In this document: positions 14,601 through 30,650 of the stretch, one piece after another
How the letters are laid out: every line of letters starts with the position of its first letter
Numbering within the stretch: the first letter of the stretch is position 1
Origin: the human T2T-CHM13v2.0 reference genome, Homo sapiens
Assembly (NCBI RefSeq): GCF_009914755.1
Contig: NC_060928.1
Strand: one strand, 5' to 3'
DNA length: 64,000 nt
Position numbers and translations under genes: made by a program
The notes under the pieces: generated by a model
What the model was told of the DNA's origin: nothing
Databases searched by the model: none
The model's input: the letters and a program-made list of their open reading frames with translations, nothing else

Positions 14601-16335
14601 TGAATGAACGTGTGAATGAAATCAGCCAGGGTTCAAACCTTGATGCCATCACTAGATGTGAGATCTTTGACCAGTTACTTGTCCTCTCTAACCCTCAGTT
14701 ACCTAAACGTTAAGACAGATCTAACCATACCAATCTCTCAGGATTAGCATTAGAATTAAAATGACATAATTGACTACAAAAAGTCTTTTATTAGCCTGTT
14801 GGTTAGAAACCTGAGTATTATTAGCTGTTTTTACTGCTATGGTATTTTCTTCCTTACCTTGTTGTCAACATTCGAATGTTTTCAGTTACTATTTAGCTTT
14901 GATAGGCTCTGTTGCTTTTTGGAAAACATAAATGTCACACATTGCCTTGTCTACATCCTCTTGCTTCTACTAGTACCTTCCATGATGCTAAAGCCTTCAT
15001 TTCCTTTGAAAATTTCAGACACACTGATTTCCATGGGAACCTCGCATCTCTGAGTCCTCCTTGCACCCCGCAGTTTCCTTCCTGTCTCCTTTCTTTCCTT
15101 CTTCCATGCCTTGCATAGCCAGTTCTGTCCCGTGTTCTTTCCTCTGGCACAACTGGAGCAGTGCCTAGAAATAGGACATTGCATGTTTTTGTGTATTATT
15201 TCTGTAAATATTGTGTCTCCAGTAAAATTAAAAGGCCCAAATCTATTTTAGTAAATGCTCCTAAGCCTCTCTTTGAAATCCTATACTAGTGATAAAAGTC
15301 ATTTTTTAATATTTCAAAATGCCCAAATATAATAAATCCCAGAAACTTTTTTAAACTGAATCCAAATTATTTTTTAAACTGGATTCTTTCTCCCACTTAA
15401 AAAAAATGAGATAGGCTTCATTCCTTTTTGAACACTTACAATTCAGTGTAGAGTATAACATACTTTTCTAAGTAAAATTATTTATACTTTAGAATGTGGA
15501 CAATCTTTGGAATTTTTCTCTAAAATAATAACCAACCATGAATAAAAATCGCCTAAGTGTTGCATATTACCTAATATGCATATTAGCACTTGTCTGCTTT
15601 TACTAGCAACATATTGAAAACATATCGCACATCCATATTGTGCACATGAGGATGCACCCTTCCTCATCCTCATCCCTCATGGGGAATGTGCTTGGAGCCC
15701 CTCAGAAGCTGGCTTGCTGTGGCTGGCTTTTTGCCGCTTCAGAACACAGGCCCTAACAGCCTTGTTCTCCTGCCTCTGTCTGTCATAGAAATGAGGCACC
15801 TGCATAGCTTAGAGACCAGGCTTGGGCTGTTTGTCCAGCTGTGACATCTGACACTGTGGTTAGCTTGTTCGTTCTTGCGGCTGTTGTGTAGTCTTTGTAG
15901 ATGAATGTTCTCTTCCCTAGAAGCAGGAGAGAACTGTCCAGCTGCTGGCATGACTCACACTTCTGTATGTGATAGCTTTGAATTACATTCACTGACTGAG
16001 TAATTTATTGGCTGTTGATTGCGTGTTAAAAGGGTGAGTAACAGTATTTTGAGTGAACTGGAGGCCTGCTTCTTTTTTAAAGACTTGAGCCAAGAATGAC
16101 TTCACCTGCCTTCACACTTTTTTCTATAAAATACAAATATGATTTTCTTCACAGTTCAACAGATATTGAGTATCTCTAATATGTAATGCACTGTCCCTGC
16201 CTTCAAGGGGCTCACCATCTACCACTAGGGAGAAAGGAAAGAATGCCATAATGTAAGGCAGAATGTAAGAACCATTAGAAAGGTATTTTAATAATGTGGT
16301 TCAGAGGAGTGAGAGGTCAAGTTACAGGGGAGTCA

Positions 16336-16833
<498 letters not shown>

Positions 16834-19800
16834 TCACAGAGTCTACATTGAATCTGGTATTTGGGAAGACCCACTGAAGGTTTATAAAGAGAACTTTGGG
16901 GATTTCAAACTAGTAGAGGTGTTAGAGTAGATTAGGGGGTGGAGGCCTGTTAGAGGGTTAGTGGCATTTGAGTGGGAACTCCAGTGGAGGTTATAGAACC
17001 AGAAAAAGGAGATTCAGTGTAAGAGAACAAAAGAGTTAGAAGCAGTAGGCCTTGGGAGGTGATGGAGTGGAAGGGGAAATCAAAGATAAATCCAAGGCTT
17101 TGAAGCTCAGTAACACAAAGAGGAGTGGTGCCATTAACAGAAAGAGGCTGGTTAGGATAGAACAGTCCACTCTGCCCAAAGCTCGTTTACCTGAACTGGT
17201 CTGCTGCCCGGTTTAGATGAATTCATGCAGAGCCAGTCAGGATAAGGAGCCTGTTTATGGGAAGAAGTAGAAAATTCTGTTTGTGGATAGGTTAGATTTT
17301 CTTCTGATAAAGTTTGGGATTTTATTTCCTTTTACTGTGAACTGCTGATGCAAACACTTGGAAATATTCTTACCCTTTTTTTCTGCCCAACAAAGCAGAC
17401 AATCGGAGGTATTCTGATTCAAACAAATGAATTAAATATTTTGACTTATTGAATGAATTCATTTGCTTCTAATATTTAACCTTTTCTCCCACTTACACAC
17501 CTTTTGCATTTCTGTTTTGTAGAAAAGCTATCTTAGTTGCAATTACAAAGTGAGATGATAGATGTAAAAGTGCTTTGAAAATTCTAAGAGCTATGCACAT
17601 GTTAGTAAGATCGTTAATATCTTTCTTAAGCTTGTCTATGGGAAATATTTTTTAAAAAGATATTTTACATTTACACTCATGCCTTATATGCCAGATAATT
17701 CTCCTCTTACCTGAGTCCAAAATAAATATTAATTCTTATACTGTAATTTTATCTAAGGTGAATTGTGTTTGTGAGGTTTTCTTATTCTCTATCCATATTA
17801 AAGGTTCTCTTTGATATCTACCAAGCTATTTAGAATGTATTGCTATAATTTATAAAATGGTTGCTATTTTTAAAACATTGATTTAATTGGAATGCTATAG
17901 CTTTCCTTTTAGTTTTGTTTTATGTATCTTGATCCATAGATTTCAGCTAGAGCTAAAACCTTAAACTACTCATAAAACATTAAGACAAATATTTAGAATA
18001 TATAGAAATCATACATACACATACATATATGAATCATGTATATGCAGAGGTATTTGTACTTTGCCCTAGTTTCTGTTTTTGGAATATGTGGTGGTTCTAT
18101 GTGACCATCCAAACTAATTGATGACAATTTTTCACACACAATCCCTTTTTTACATAGATTGCCCAAAACATATTTTATTTTTCAGACTACAGTTTGGCAA
18201 TTTTAGGTCTAATGTTCAGAAAACACATTTGAAAGTGGTTTCACATGACCCAAGATGGACATGTTGCTTACTGACCTGAAAATTTTTACTCTTGGAAACT
18301 AGACTACTTTGTGAATTCAGGGGTTTTCCAGATTTACTTTAAAATAAGTCCTTGTGTTCTGATGTCTACTTTTCTTCTTCACACACATATAAACACAAAA
18401 ACATATACACATTGCATGTTAGAATTTTCTCAAGTTGATTTTTGTTTAAGGTTCTGGCTAACAACAGATGCATTTAGACAAACTGAAATTATTTTAAAAA
18501 ACAGGAGTTAACTTACGTTACCCCCATTTCTACAGCAGTTTAGGGAGGTACCATATTTATTTCAGTGAGGCTACAAAAACTGGAAATCAAGGTAACTTGT
18601 TTCTCTAAACTTCCATTAGCAGAGTAGCAGCAATCTTGAATCCCTCTCTCCCTGAAGTGCCTTCTTACCCTTGATAGGTTCTAGATGGCTCCCTTCCCTT
18701 GGTGGAAACGTCCTTCTGCTGCCCAGACCTCATTTGGTTGATGAGAGCCTTCCCACTCTCTGGTTATTGTCCAAGTTGCTCTATTGACAGAGGATTTATC
18801 TTCATTTCCCCTCTCTTCATCCCTCTAGCTCTGCCACCAATGTTACAATTCACAAAGTATGCCTGATAAAAAGTTATAAACTCACGTTGCATTTATTGTA
18901 TTTTCACAGACCTCTACCCCCAACTACGAATTTAGAAAAAGTTTCCTGGAGACTAGTTTGAAAAATATTTACGGTGGCACCACTAGATATCCCATAACAA
19001 CCCACCCCAGTGACAGACAATTTCAGGAAAACCTTGACTCTTTTTTTCTCTCCGAATAAGTCTTTTGCCCATGGGAAACACCAACACAGAGATTAAGGGA
19101 TGTTTTTTGTACCCTTTCCTCCTAGAGCATCTCAGTGTTTGAGCTAACAGTCTTTTCAAAGTATTTAGTCATTGTTCTCTGCCAAAAGGTGATCAGTTCC
19201 TTCCGAAAGACAGCCTGTGCCAATAGACCCAGACATGCTAGAGTGCAGTGTGCATGGCGGAACACACGCCCCTTTCCCTCAGTGGGTCAGCATGGTCACC
19301 TTTGGTAATTTAGCTCAGACTATTCCAGAACCATTAGATACAGGCTGTCTACTACAATATATGTTTCTTTGATGCATATTGGCTCCTGTGTGTTTGGTAA
19401 ATAGGGAAATTATATCAATTCAGTGTGTAAGTTTTTGTGGTTCATAGATTTCCTCTTGCATATTAATGTTTGGAAGTGATCAGGAATAAGGTTTCTCACA
19501 GCTAAAGAGACAGCCATAAAAAATTATTTATGAAGACCTTAAGGGGAAAAAATTCTCTTCTGCAGAAGTGTTTTTATTTAGTGAAAGAAATGGGGAGTTT
19601 ACCGGCTTTAAGACTCACTCACTGTAGTTGCCGCTATATTTAGCTGTCTGAAGAAGCTGCACGTGCATCCAAAGAAACTGAGAAGGAAACTGATTGATGA
19701 AGAAGGCCATCCTTGGATCATACTTTTAATTTTGGTGAAATTGCTCTGTTATTAGAAATGAATGTCTCCAAAGACCTACAAAAAGGAAAACACAAGCCTA

Positions 19801-19963
19801 TGGGTTTTAAGTTTGCAAAGGATGGACTGTCATACGAAATGCAAAAATTAGTTGCAATTTTAACTGTGCTGATTGGTTTTGGTTTCTTTAGGGCTCTGGT
19901 CCCAAAGTTCCTAAAGTTTGTGTGGTCTGGTCATTGTCCCTATTTTTTTTTTAAGTCCTATTG

Positions 19964-20061
19964 CCCTCCCTCTCTCCCTCCCTCCCTCCCTTCCTTCCTT
20001 CCCGTATTTTTTTTCTGAAGTCTTTCTTTCTTTCTTTGTTACTTTCTTTGTTTCTTTCTTT
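19964..20061. repeat. (CCCT/CCTT/CTTT)n pyrimidine microsatellite
   Basis: Directly visible. Confidence 0.85.
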
Positions 20062-22350
20062 CGCATACCCTTGCAAAACAGAGATTGCTAGGACTACATA
20101 TACGAGGCAGAAATGCCTATAATTGCACCTAAAAGGTAGGCATAGCCAGACTGCTGGGCTTAGGGCTATGCTATGACTGCTTTGCATAATATAGCCATAA
20201 TATAAAAGGAAGAATGGGAGATATTTTCTATATTTTAGATTAATAATTTACATGACACTGTCTAGCTGGTAAACCAAGCATAAACCAACACTTATATAGA
20301 AGGAATATCCCCTACCTCTCCATTTATTGTAGAAGCAGAGCATCTATTCTGAAAAATAGACGACTCTCAATAGACAGCAAGGATTACATATGGCCACAAT
20401 GGGGAGAAACTTGGCCCAGTTTAGAGCCAGGACTCAATTTTGCCATAGTCGGCTATAAAACTCCAGATGACTTCACTCTTTACATTTACACATGTAGATC
20501 TTTACCTCTGGAATATCTGGTAAAAGGACCTGCGTTGGAGAGAAGGCAATCTTTAAAAGTAGTTGAACCAGGCTAGAGGCAGTTAGGGGAGGCTTCCTTC
20601 CTCTCATTCTGAGTTTAAAATTGACTTCAACTCCTTGATCTATAGGAATCATTTGTGACAGTTTCCCCATGGTTAAGGCAAGTCATTGGAGAGAGCTGTA
20701 AAGCAAGATCATAAGCACCAATTTTTTTTTCTTCAGAAAGGATTGTAGAAGTAGTAATATGAATAATGGTTGAATAATTGTTATATAACTTCTTGAATGC
20801 ACTTATAAATAAGTTAATTATCTTTGCTCATTTTAAGCTGAATATGTAAAAGGTACACTTGGTATATCATAAATAGATTTAGTCTTTCATCATTTTTGCA
20901 AGATACAAGTTGAAAGTGCTAAGAAGGAAAAAGGGCTTAGCACCAAAGCCAAGCTAATTACATGAGTTAAAATTATATAAATAATATAGTTTAATTACAT
21001 TCAGTAAACTTTTAGTCTGTCCCTGGGAAATGACCTGTAGCTTTGCTTCCCTCTTCACTGAATCCTAGGGGAGATTCCACTCTTCAAAATGTAGCTATTG
21101 TATAGGAGGTAAATCACATTTTTAATAGCCTGGTGACTTATTTTAGAATGAACCCTGCCATTTTAATCAAATGGAAAATATTCGTGCATTCTCCAGAGTA
21201 GAAAGGCCCAGTGAGCGAACTAAAACCATGATAAGGGCTCTAGAGAAAGATTTGAGAATCTAAACTCCACATTCTTAAGACCCTGGAGATTCACAAGTGT
21301 CACTTTAAAGGAAAGTGTTGTAGTCTTCAGTAGAAGGATGTACTTCAACTTTTGTGAGGCAGGAGCTCCCTCCAGAGTCCACACGTGGTAAGCTGCAGGC
21401 CTGCTGGAGTGGGTCCCCATCCAAGGAAGATATTTAAGGCTGATTTCTTCTCCCAGTGAGATTGAGTTGGGGAAGGGGTATTAAAGGAGGACAGAGAAAC
21501 TCTCTTGAAAGCTTCTATTGAAGTCTGTGTAAACACAACTACTTAAGAAAGCAGCCTTGGGTATTCTTATTTAAATCAAATACAAAGAAGAATCTATCTA
21601 TCTTCTGGGCAGACAATAATGTAACCTAGACTAGAGTTTGGTTGGTTCTTGACCTCATATCTTCTGTCATTGTGGTACTAGTCTCTGGCTCCAGGGTCAT
21701 ATGCCAGATGTTGAGGCTGATGAGTGGAAGGGCTGGAATTAACAGTGTGCTAAGGGTGTGCACCAGTAGACATAGAGTGGCCCAGAAAGGGTTCAGCCCT
21801 AGTGTACTTATTTACACTTGTTTATATGGTTTTCAGGAATACTTCTCGATCACTTCAAATGAGGTCTAAGCTGTGTCTTCCACTTCCACATAATTAACTC
21901 TGTTGCTGTGACTGCTGCTTTTCTTATCTCTCTGTTGCAGCAGCTGATGGAGATGGGGGGGCCTCAGTCAGTGACAGTAAGGATCAGCAGCATCACTGTC
22001 CCTGTGTTACACCTATATGCCTAGCAGTATGCTGGGTTTTTAAATGTACTATCTCCTGTGCTTATAACCATACTGAGATAGTATATTTTCAATTTCACTA
22101 TATTTTTGGATGATGAAAGTGAGGCTCAGAGAACTAGAAAACTTGCAGGTCACGTAACTCGAAGATGGAGATCCTGGGACTCAAATTCTGGCATATACAC
22201 CCATTGCCTTGTTAGGGATGCTAACAGCCAAGAGGTTGTGTTCCAGTTTGCTACAGGACATTAACTTCTTTTTACAGGGAAAGTTAGAAAAAGGTAAAAG
22301 GCAAAGGTTTAGTGTGTCATTATTGCAGAATTTTTTCTTGCCTCCTAAGA

Positions 22351-22576
22351 CAGGGTTTCACAATCTCGGCACTTGACATTTGGGCCAGATAATTCTTTGT
22401 TGACAGTTCTTTGTCCTGTACATTGTAGGATGTTTAGCAGCATCTGTGGCATCTACCCACTAGATGTCAGGAACACACACATCCGCTTCCACCTCCCTAG
22501 TTGTGACAACCAGTTCTCCAGATGTTGCCACATGCCCCCTGGGGGGCAAAATCACCCCTGATTAAAAATCACTGCT
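22351..22576 (+). mobile_element. MER20 hAT DNA transposon
   Basis: gacatttgggccagataattctttgttg...aggatgtttagcagcatc...ggggcaaaatcacccctg. Confidence 0.8.
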
Positions 22577-22925
22577 GTAAGGGGTTAATTGAGGTAATGT
22601 TATGGGAGGAGGGTGTGACACAATGAAAATAACAGAGATGGATTTATAGGATTAAGGGGAAGAATTGGAACAGATTGATGAAATGGGACAAATAGATAGG
22701 AAGACTTTGTCCTAAGATGAAGATAGTTGTTAGATTAGTGGAGGGGGTTACATGCAGGTTCACAGGCTCCATCATGGCAGATCTGAATATTGTTGGTGGT
22801 AGTACAGTAATCATTCATGGATGCATTTATAACTCTTTCTCTCTTCTCCCTCCTCCCGCTTTTTTTTTTTTTAATAACAAATACCGGGAGTGGAGAAAAA
22901 AGATCCAATCCTGCTATTTCTCTAG

Positions 22926-23387
<462 letters not shown>

Positions 23388-23614
23388 TAGAAGAATTGCT
23401 AATACCTGTGGGGGGAAATTATTTGAAGTAACAAGAAAAATATCAATCATGCTTATTTTATTAACCTTCAAAGACAATTTTACAGTATACTTATCAGGAC
23501 TATTATAAGAAATTCACTTATAAATATTGTAGTTACATACCATCGAATGCCAGAATGAATTATACAAAGGTAAAGTACGTAACAATACTATGAGTCCTTG
23601 CTCAGTGTCTTCAA

Positions 23615-24890
23615 TAGGTTCAGGAAGAAGATGTACAATGAAGCTAATTTTACCATAGGCAAATTGATATTGTTGACTGAAGGAAAAAAATTTAAGCTTT
23701 TAAATAATTAAAGTTAGTTCTATTTGGAAGTCTTACTGAGGACTATAGACTGAGGCTTATAACCCAGAAGCAATTCTGTCAGGCTGTTTTAAGGCAGTAT
23801 TTTAGTTTATGGTTTACATGTAGGTGGTGAAGATTTAATATGTGTAAAATTATATCTAAGTTTCAGTGTAAGAGTATATTTGGTGATAGGTTATAGAAGT
23901 ATAATCATTAATTTTGTCAAATGTTATTTTATGTATAGGAAAAGACAAGGACTAGGATCATTGATCTTTTAAGAAATGTAGTGACTGAGGCAAGAGTTGT
24001 GGTGGGGCCATGTGTTTTATTTTGTTTTGTCTTTAAAGTATTTTTTACAGAGCTGTATGTCATCACTGAATCAAGAGCTTTGTGAAATTATGTTGGCAAG
24101 TAGAAATGAGCATGCCTTTTTATGTTTGTTATTGTGCCTTACAACATAAACAAGAGTCAAGTTCCTATGGCATGTTTCTGGTCACAAAAATATCACCAAA
24201 CTTCTAAGTAAGGACCAAAATACTTCTAATATTAAATATTGAAATAAATGTGAAGTATGCATACATTTAATAAATATTAATAAAAACAAGTAAGATGATG
24301 ATTTACTCAATTTTTGGTGAACCCATGAGTGATGGTACTCATAGTGGTGGTGAATTTAATCAACGAGTAAACGTTTACGAAGCGAAAATTGTCAGGAGTA
24401 CCTTCCACCACCATGCAGTTCAAAAACAAGCAATAACAAATGTGGGGAGCTTGCTGAGCGCTTCTGTCCCACATCATTTATTGTCCTGCATCTGTATAAT
24501 TGTCGTCTACATTACACATTTTTATTTCACAGTAATTTGTATTTATTCATATAATTTGCAATCCACTCATTCCAGTTTAGGGTGGTGTGCAGCCAGAACA
24601 AATTCTGGCTGCTGAAAACACAAGATGGGCACCCTCCCTGGCCAGGACGCCATCCTATCACAGGTGTACTCAGACACACCCATACTCATTCACCCTAGGC
24701 TATGTAGACACAGCATTTCACCTAATGGGCACAGCTTGGGGATGTATATCCAGAGAAAACCCATGCAGACAAGGGAAGGGTGTGCAAACTCTACCCAGAC
24801 AGTGGCATCAGTTTTTTTTTGTTTTTTTTTTTCTCATCAGCATTAAAACAAAACAAGGTTGAATGAGGCAATGTTATTCAAGGACCTGCA
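23615..24890 (-). mobile_element. MER6-like (Tigger family) DNA transposon, split by a solo LTR
   Basis: aattttaccataggcaaattgatat | aaacaagagtcaagttcctatggca rejoins across the LTR; end ...gttattcaaggacctgc. Left boundary approximate. Confidence 0.7.
23671..24143 (-). mobile_element. Solo ERV1-type LTR (~470 bp), strongly C-depleted on the + strand
   Basis: TGT...ACA ends; imperfect 4-bp TSD ATAT/ACAT; interrupts the MER6-like element. Orientation is inferred. Confidence 0.65.
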
Positions 24891-24964
24891 CTACACTTAT
24901 TTAATAACTTGGCTTGTCAGAGCTTACAGAGCACCCTTTAACGTGCTTAAAAAATAGATAGCTA

Positions 24965-25275
<311 letters not shown>

Positions 25276-25289
25276 ATAGATAGCTGCAA

Positions 25290-26640
25290 ATAATTAGGCT
25301 TTTATTTATGTCAGTTAACTATCAAAATATACAACATTGAAATTAAAATAAAATTTTAATCGTTAATTCATTTAAGAATAATAATTTCATTACATATTAC
25401 ATATTTTATGAAAATAATTTTTTTAAAATTAAAAGAAACGAGTATCATTGTCTTAGATTTTTACCAACTTCTGTAATGTCTGGCTTATAGAAGATAACTG
25501 AATTCCAACACCTACCTCTGCATTCAGTCTATGCCCCTGGGTTGTTTTAGTTGAAATATATGAAGAAAATCTGGCCTCACTCAGATATGTAATTGCAAAA
25601 GGGGGGAGCATTTTAATAGCTTTTTTCAAGTAATTGTGGATACTCCTTTTTGATACTGTACTAAAAACTAGTGGTAGTTTTTTAAAAAAGTAGCTGCAAT
25701 ATAGAATCTGAAAGCATAAAAAAGAACCTTTAGTACTGTTTCTAGTCTGTCTTGCACTTTAACAGGACATTTTACCATTGTATGATGCTGTAATATCAGG
25801 AGTTGGTCATTTGGAAAATATTGGTTTCCCAAGTAATGCAGATCTTTTAAATATTGACAATTTCATTATATAATGATAAGAACAATACATTTGTTAACAT
25901 CATCATCAGTCTCATTGGAAAGGCCTTAACTCCTGAGAAACTGTCATATTTCCAAATTTCTTAGTTTCGCCTGAGAGCTCAAGTTTTGTCATTGGCAACA
26001 AGTGATGTCAGTTGTTTTTGTTGAAGTGACAGGCTCCCTTCATTCATGTTCAAAAAACTTCCAGATAACCAATCTCAGTGACCATAGTTTGTCCTTTGTT
26101 TCTTTCAAGTGAAAATGGCATTCTATTAAAAAATAAATCATAAAAACTTATTCAGCATACAGATCAGTCTCAGACGCTTTTCCTTGACACACCCATCATA
26201 GTTGAATATCTAATAGAAGTCTTTCATGCATACTTCCCATTTCGTCTCACAGAATATTAAAAAGGCATACACTCAAGGGATTTAATAAAATTAATAAATC
26301 TTCATCAAGGAAGACTTACTGCTTCATCAAGGTCATTCAGTGTAAGTGGTATGTGTTTTATATTTAGGGTATATTTATGAAGGTATATTAAGTATATTAG
26401 GGTATATTATTATGAAGAATAACTTAAATATGGGTACCATTTGGTGTCATTGCCTTGATTTATGCTAAGGCACCAGCAGTTTTACCCACTTTGCTTTGGT
26501 ACCATCAGAGTAAATATCCACACAGTGAAAAAGATAGTATCTTCATATGATCAGCAAAATAATTTTGACCTCACCAAACTTCAGAAAGGGCCTTGGGGAC
26601 CCCACAAATCTGTGGATCATACTTTGAAAAAGCCGCTGCT
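25290..26640. mobile_element. Charlie1-like hAT DNA transposon relic
   Basis: ctggcttatagaagataactg...tatgaagaaaatctggcctcac...ttttaatagc...aattttgacctc; recognised by eye, boundaries approximate. Confidence 0.65.
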
Positions 26641-29015
26641 ATAGATTTTAGAATGAAGAAGGTGAATAATAAGTTTCCTCAGAAAAAGTTTGTCATCAGC
26701 AGTCTTCCAGTTTGATTATTGACAAATACAGCATTATTTTATAAAGTAAAATTTAATCTCTTATACTTGATTTACTGGTAATTTCAGAGATTCTGTGCTT
26801 AGTGATGATTTAGATAATTAAGATGCTCACTTACTCAAAATTGTATTGAGCTCTATTTTAATTAACTGATACAGAAGAAAAACTTGATTTTATATTGCAG
26901 AAGTGCAGTCAACATCTGCACAAACATAGATGGCCGGATAGTATGAAATCCTATCTCTACACTAATTACTTAGGATTGATGGATAAAATAATAGCAAATC
27001 GGCCAGCTTTAATATTCCTGGGACTAAAATGGTTTTAAATGGTATAGGGCAACCAGCCTCCAAACTGGAAGGAGTAATTTATTTTACCATCATCCTATTA
27101 ATTAAAATTAAAGGAACTCATGGGAACAAAACCCAAGGGTTCAAGGTTCATCAATTTATTAGTTGGGTATTTTATTATAATATCAGTATTTTGTAATGAT
27201 TGCTTTTGGAATGCCAAGAATTCATTGAACAGGGTTCCCAAAAGTTGTCCATATTTTTTAAAGTCTAGAGATAGTGCTAAGATAAATATAAACACATCAT
27301 AAAATAAGATCAATGGTATTTACATGATGAATACCTGTGGTCAGACATTAGTCTGATTACCTAGGTTCTAAACTGCTAGCTCATTGGTTTGGAACATCTG
27401 CAAAGCTATTCCACGCAAAGCCTTCCCCCTTTAGCAAGTTACTTTTATCAATAAGTAGTGATATACATAGACAAAATAATTGTTTTAAAGTTAGTCTTAG
27501 GACCAAATTTTCAGTAGGAAAATAATATACCAACCTGAGGGCATATTTCGATTTTTCCACCCCCTCCACCCTTCCCTTTTCAAAAGAAAAATATCTGCTA
27601 TATGATACCTGAGTAAGCAGTAACTTACTGTTTGTATTCTAATGATTGTAAAACGTTAAGCAGATATATAATGGAATCAGAAGAATTCACCCAAAGCCAG
27701 AGTAACTAAGATATGAGTGGTTATGATACCAGGCAAAATGTTATAAGACAAAGCCAACCTTGCAAGATGATAAATTGTCTTATTTTTCCCATCAGTGTCC
27801 ATTATAAGGTATAATGTGTGAGTCTACACACTGTGGTGTTGATTCTTGTATCTCTGTCCCAATACGGTGTGAGTTCTCTGAGCACACAGTAGGGTTAGAT
27901 GGGTATTGCTCTTCCGTATTATCCTCTGAGTCTCAATTTTCTTATCTGAAAAAGAGGGAGTCGTCAATTTTTCTAACTTGTTTTAACCACAAGAAGCCCC
28001 AGAATCCTTTTTCAAGTGACTTCCTAGGCAACTCTATGCTTTTGTTCTTGGCACCTTCTTTAAATCCGTGGGCTCCTCCAACAAGTTTGGAAACCTGAGA
28101 CCTAGATGTTTTCCCAGGTCTCTCTCATTTTAAAATTAAGTTTTTCTGTGTTTCTACATTCTCCCCTGGGTGTTCCACAATTGTTTCTCTAGATAAAAAA
28201 GCTGAATAGAACCAGCCAGCAAGCAGCTGGTGTGCAGCTGTTATCACTCGAGCCTGAACTTTGTGGCATGCTTTCTTTTGTGGTATTGCCTCTTCCTGCA
28301 TCCTGGAGGGGGGAGTGGCTTCACAGCCCTTGGGCCACTGCCAGGTGCGACAGCTCTTTTTGGAAAATAATGATAGATGTGGCATCTATTTACTTGGCTA
28401 CCTAGTATTGGTGCAGAAGCAAATGCTGCTTTGATCCCAGCACTTTAGCAACTTGCACTGTTTGGCAAAACTTGCGCTTCATGTACAAGCCACTCAACAC
28501 TGTGCCCATCCTGGCAAGGAGAGCATCAGACGCAGCCAGGATACCAGGCTTGCCCTTCTTCGGTTTCCCCAGGAGCAGGCAGGGGACCAGATGGATTAGC
28601 TGGAGGACAGTCAGCCATTTTATATTGCCAAGCTCAACCATGCTAGCATTTCCAGGATATAATCCTGTTATGAGAATGTCTTCCTCTATTAGCCTTTGTT
28701 TGTGCCAGCTCCAGGGGTGGAGGAAACCCATTTTGCCTGACATACTAAGAAGTGACCTTTCCAGAGCCAGCTACTGTTTGGTGAATAGTTGTCATGGTCT
28801 TTCCCCATATCTCTGTATATACATTCATGACTTTTAGAACATAGAAAACTTATTTTTTGTTCTAAAAGCTTATCATCCCGTATATTTCCTTATCCTTTAC
28901 CCTTACCAGCCTTCTCTACATGACCTCAGGTTTGTGACATGTTTAGCTCACCACCTAGCACATGGTAAGCAGCAAGTACATGCTAGCTGTTTTACTAGCA
29001 GTGATGGTGGCGTAA

Positions 29016-29018
<3 letters not shown>

Positions 29019-29055
<37 letters not shown>

Positions 29056-29062
29056 GTCTCTC
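29019..29062. repeat. (CT)n microsatellite
   Basis: Directly visible. Confidence 0.95.
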
Positions 29063-29404
29063 CACCCCCAAGACCCCCTCATTCCCCCCAATCTCCCTCC
29101 CTCCCCCACCCCCCACCCTGTCTCTCTCCCTTCTTCCTTCTCTGAAGCAATATGGGATTGTCTTGAATTTCTTCCACATGTCTTTTCAGAGTTTTTACCT
29201 TTTTCATTTCTTTTTTCTGAGTCTAGCGCTTTGCTTTCATCTCAGTCTTCAAATGGCCCAGATAAACTGCTTATCAGAATGGATGGGAGCCCAGTGCATA
29301 AGATTGCACTTTGGGAGTCACATGGTAGCTTTTAAAGGGAATGGCTTGGACGCTTCAAGAACCTTGCTCATAATATATTAAATGTGTCATAGAATTTTAG
29401 AACT

Positions 29405-29721
<317 letters not shown>

Positions 29722-30124
29722 TTAGAACTGAAGGGGGCCAGAGGGGTTCCTTGGTACTGTGAGAGATCCCTCACTTTGTGGATAAGGAATCCCAAGTATA
29801 AACAGTATGTGATCATCCAGGATTAAATTAAGTGGCTGAGAAGAATGAATCCAGGTCTTCTAGGACCGACCTTTCACTATACCAGACAAAAGAGCACGAA
29901 AGTGTGTTGATCAGAGCAGTAGTTTTAATTGTAGTATTTTTGATACATTTGTGAAACATTTTATAGTAATAAAAATTTTTACTTAGGAGCAAAAGAAGTA
30001 TGTTATCAATCCCAAGGTAACTCTTTTTAAATGTGGACATATAAAATTCCAATTATATGTAGAAGGGCCTCTGCTTAAATCTAAGTTGTAAGAAGTTATA
30101 CTATTAATAAGAGAACAGATATAA

Positions 30125-30293
30125 AAATAATAAAATCCTGCCATTTTCGGCAACATGGATGAGCATGGGGGACATTATGTTAAAAATAAGCCAGGCACCG
30201 AAAGACAAGTATTGCATGTTCTCACTCACGTGGAAGCTAAAAAATTTGATCTCATGGAGGTAGAGAGTATAATGACGGCTACCTGAGGCTGGG

Positions 30294-30349
<56 letters not shown>

Positions 30350-30650
30350 AGGGCTGGGATGTGGGATAAAGAGGGGTTGGCTAATGGCTATAAACATACA
30401 GTTAGCTGGAAGGAATAAGTTCTAATGGTCAATAGGACAGCAGGTGACCATAGTTAACAACAATGTATTGTGTATTTCAAAAGGGCTAGAAAAGAATATT
30501 TGGGATGTTCCCAACACAAAGAAATGATAAATGTTTGAGGTGGTGCATATCCTAAATACCCTGCTTTGATCATTACCCATTATATGCATGTATCCATATA
30601 TCACATGTATCCCATAAATAGGTACTATTATCATATATTAATTTTTAAAA
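30125..30650 (+). mobile_element. L1MA-type 3' end containing a (GT)n microsatellite (30298-30348)
   Basis: aatcctgccattt...caacatggatgagc...gacaagtattgcatgttctcactca...aggaataagttctaa...tcacatgtatcccataaata. Confidence 0.85.
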
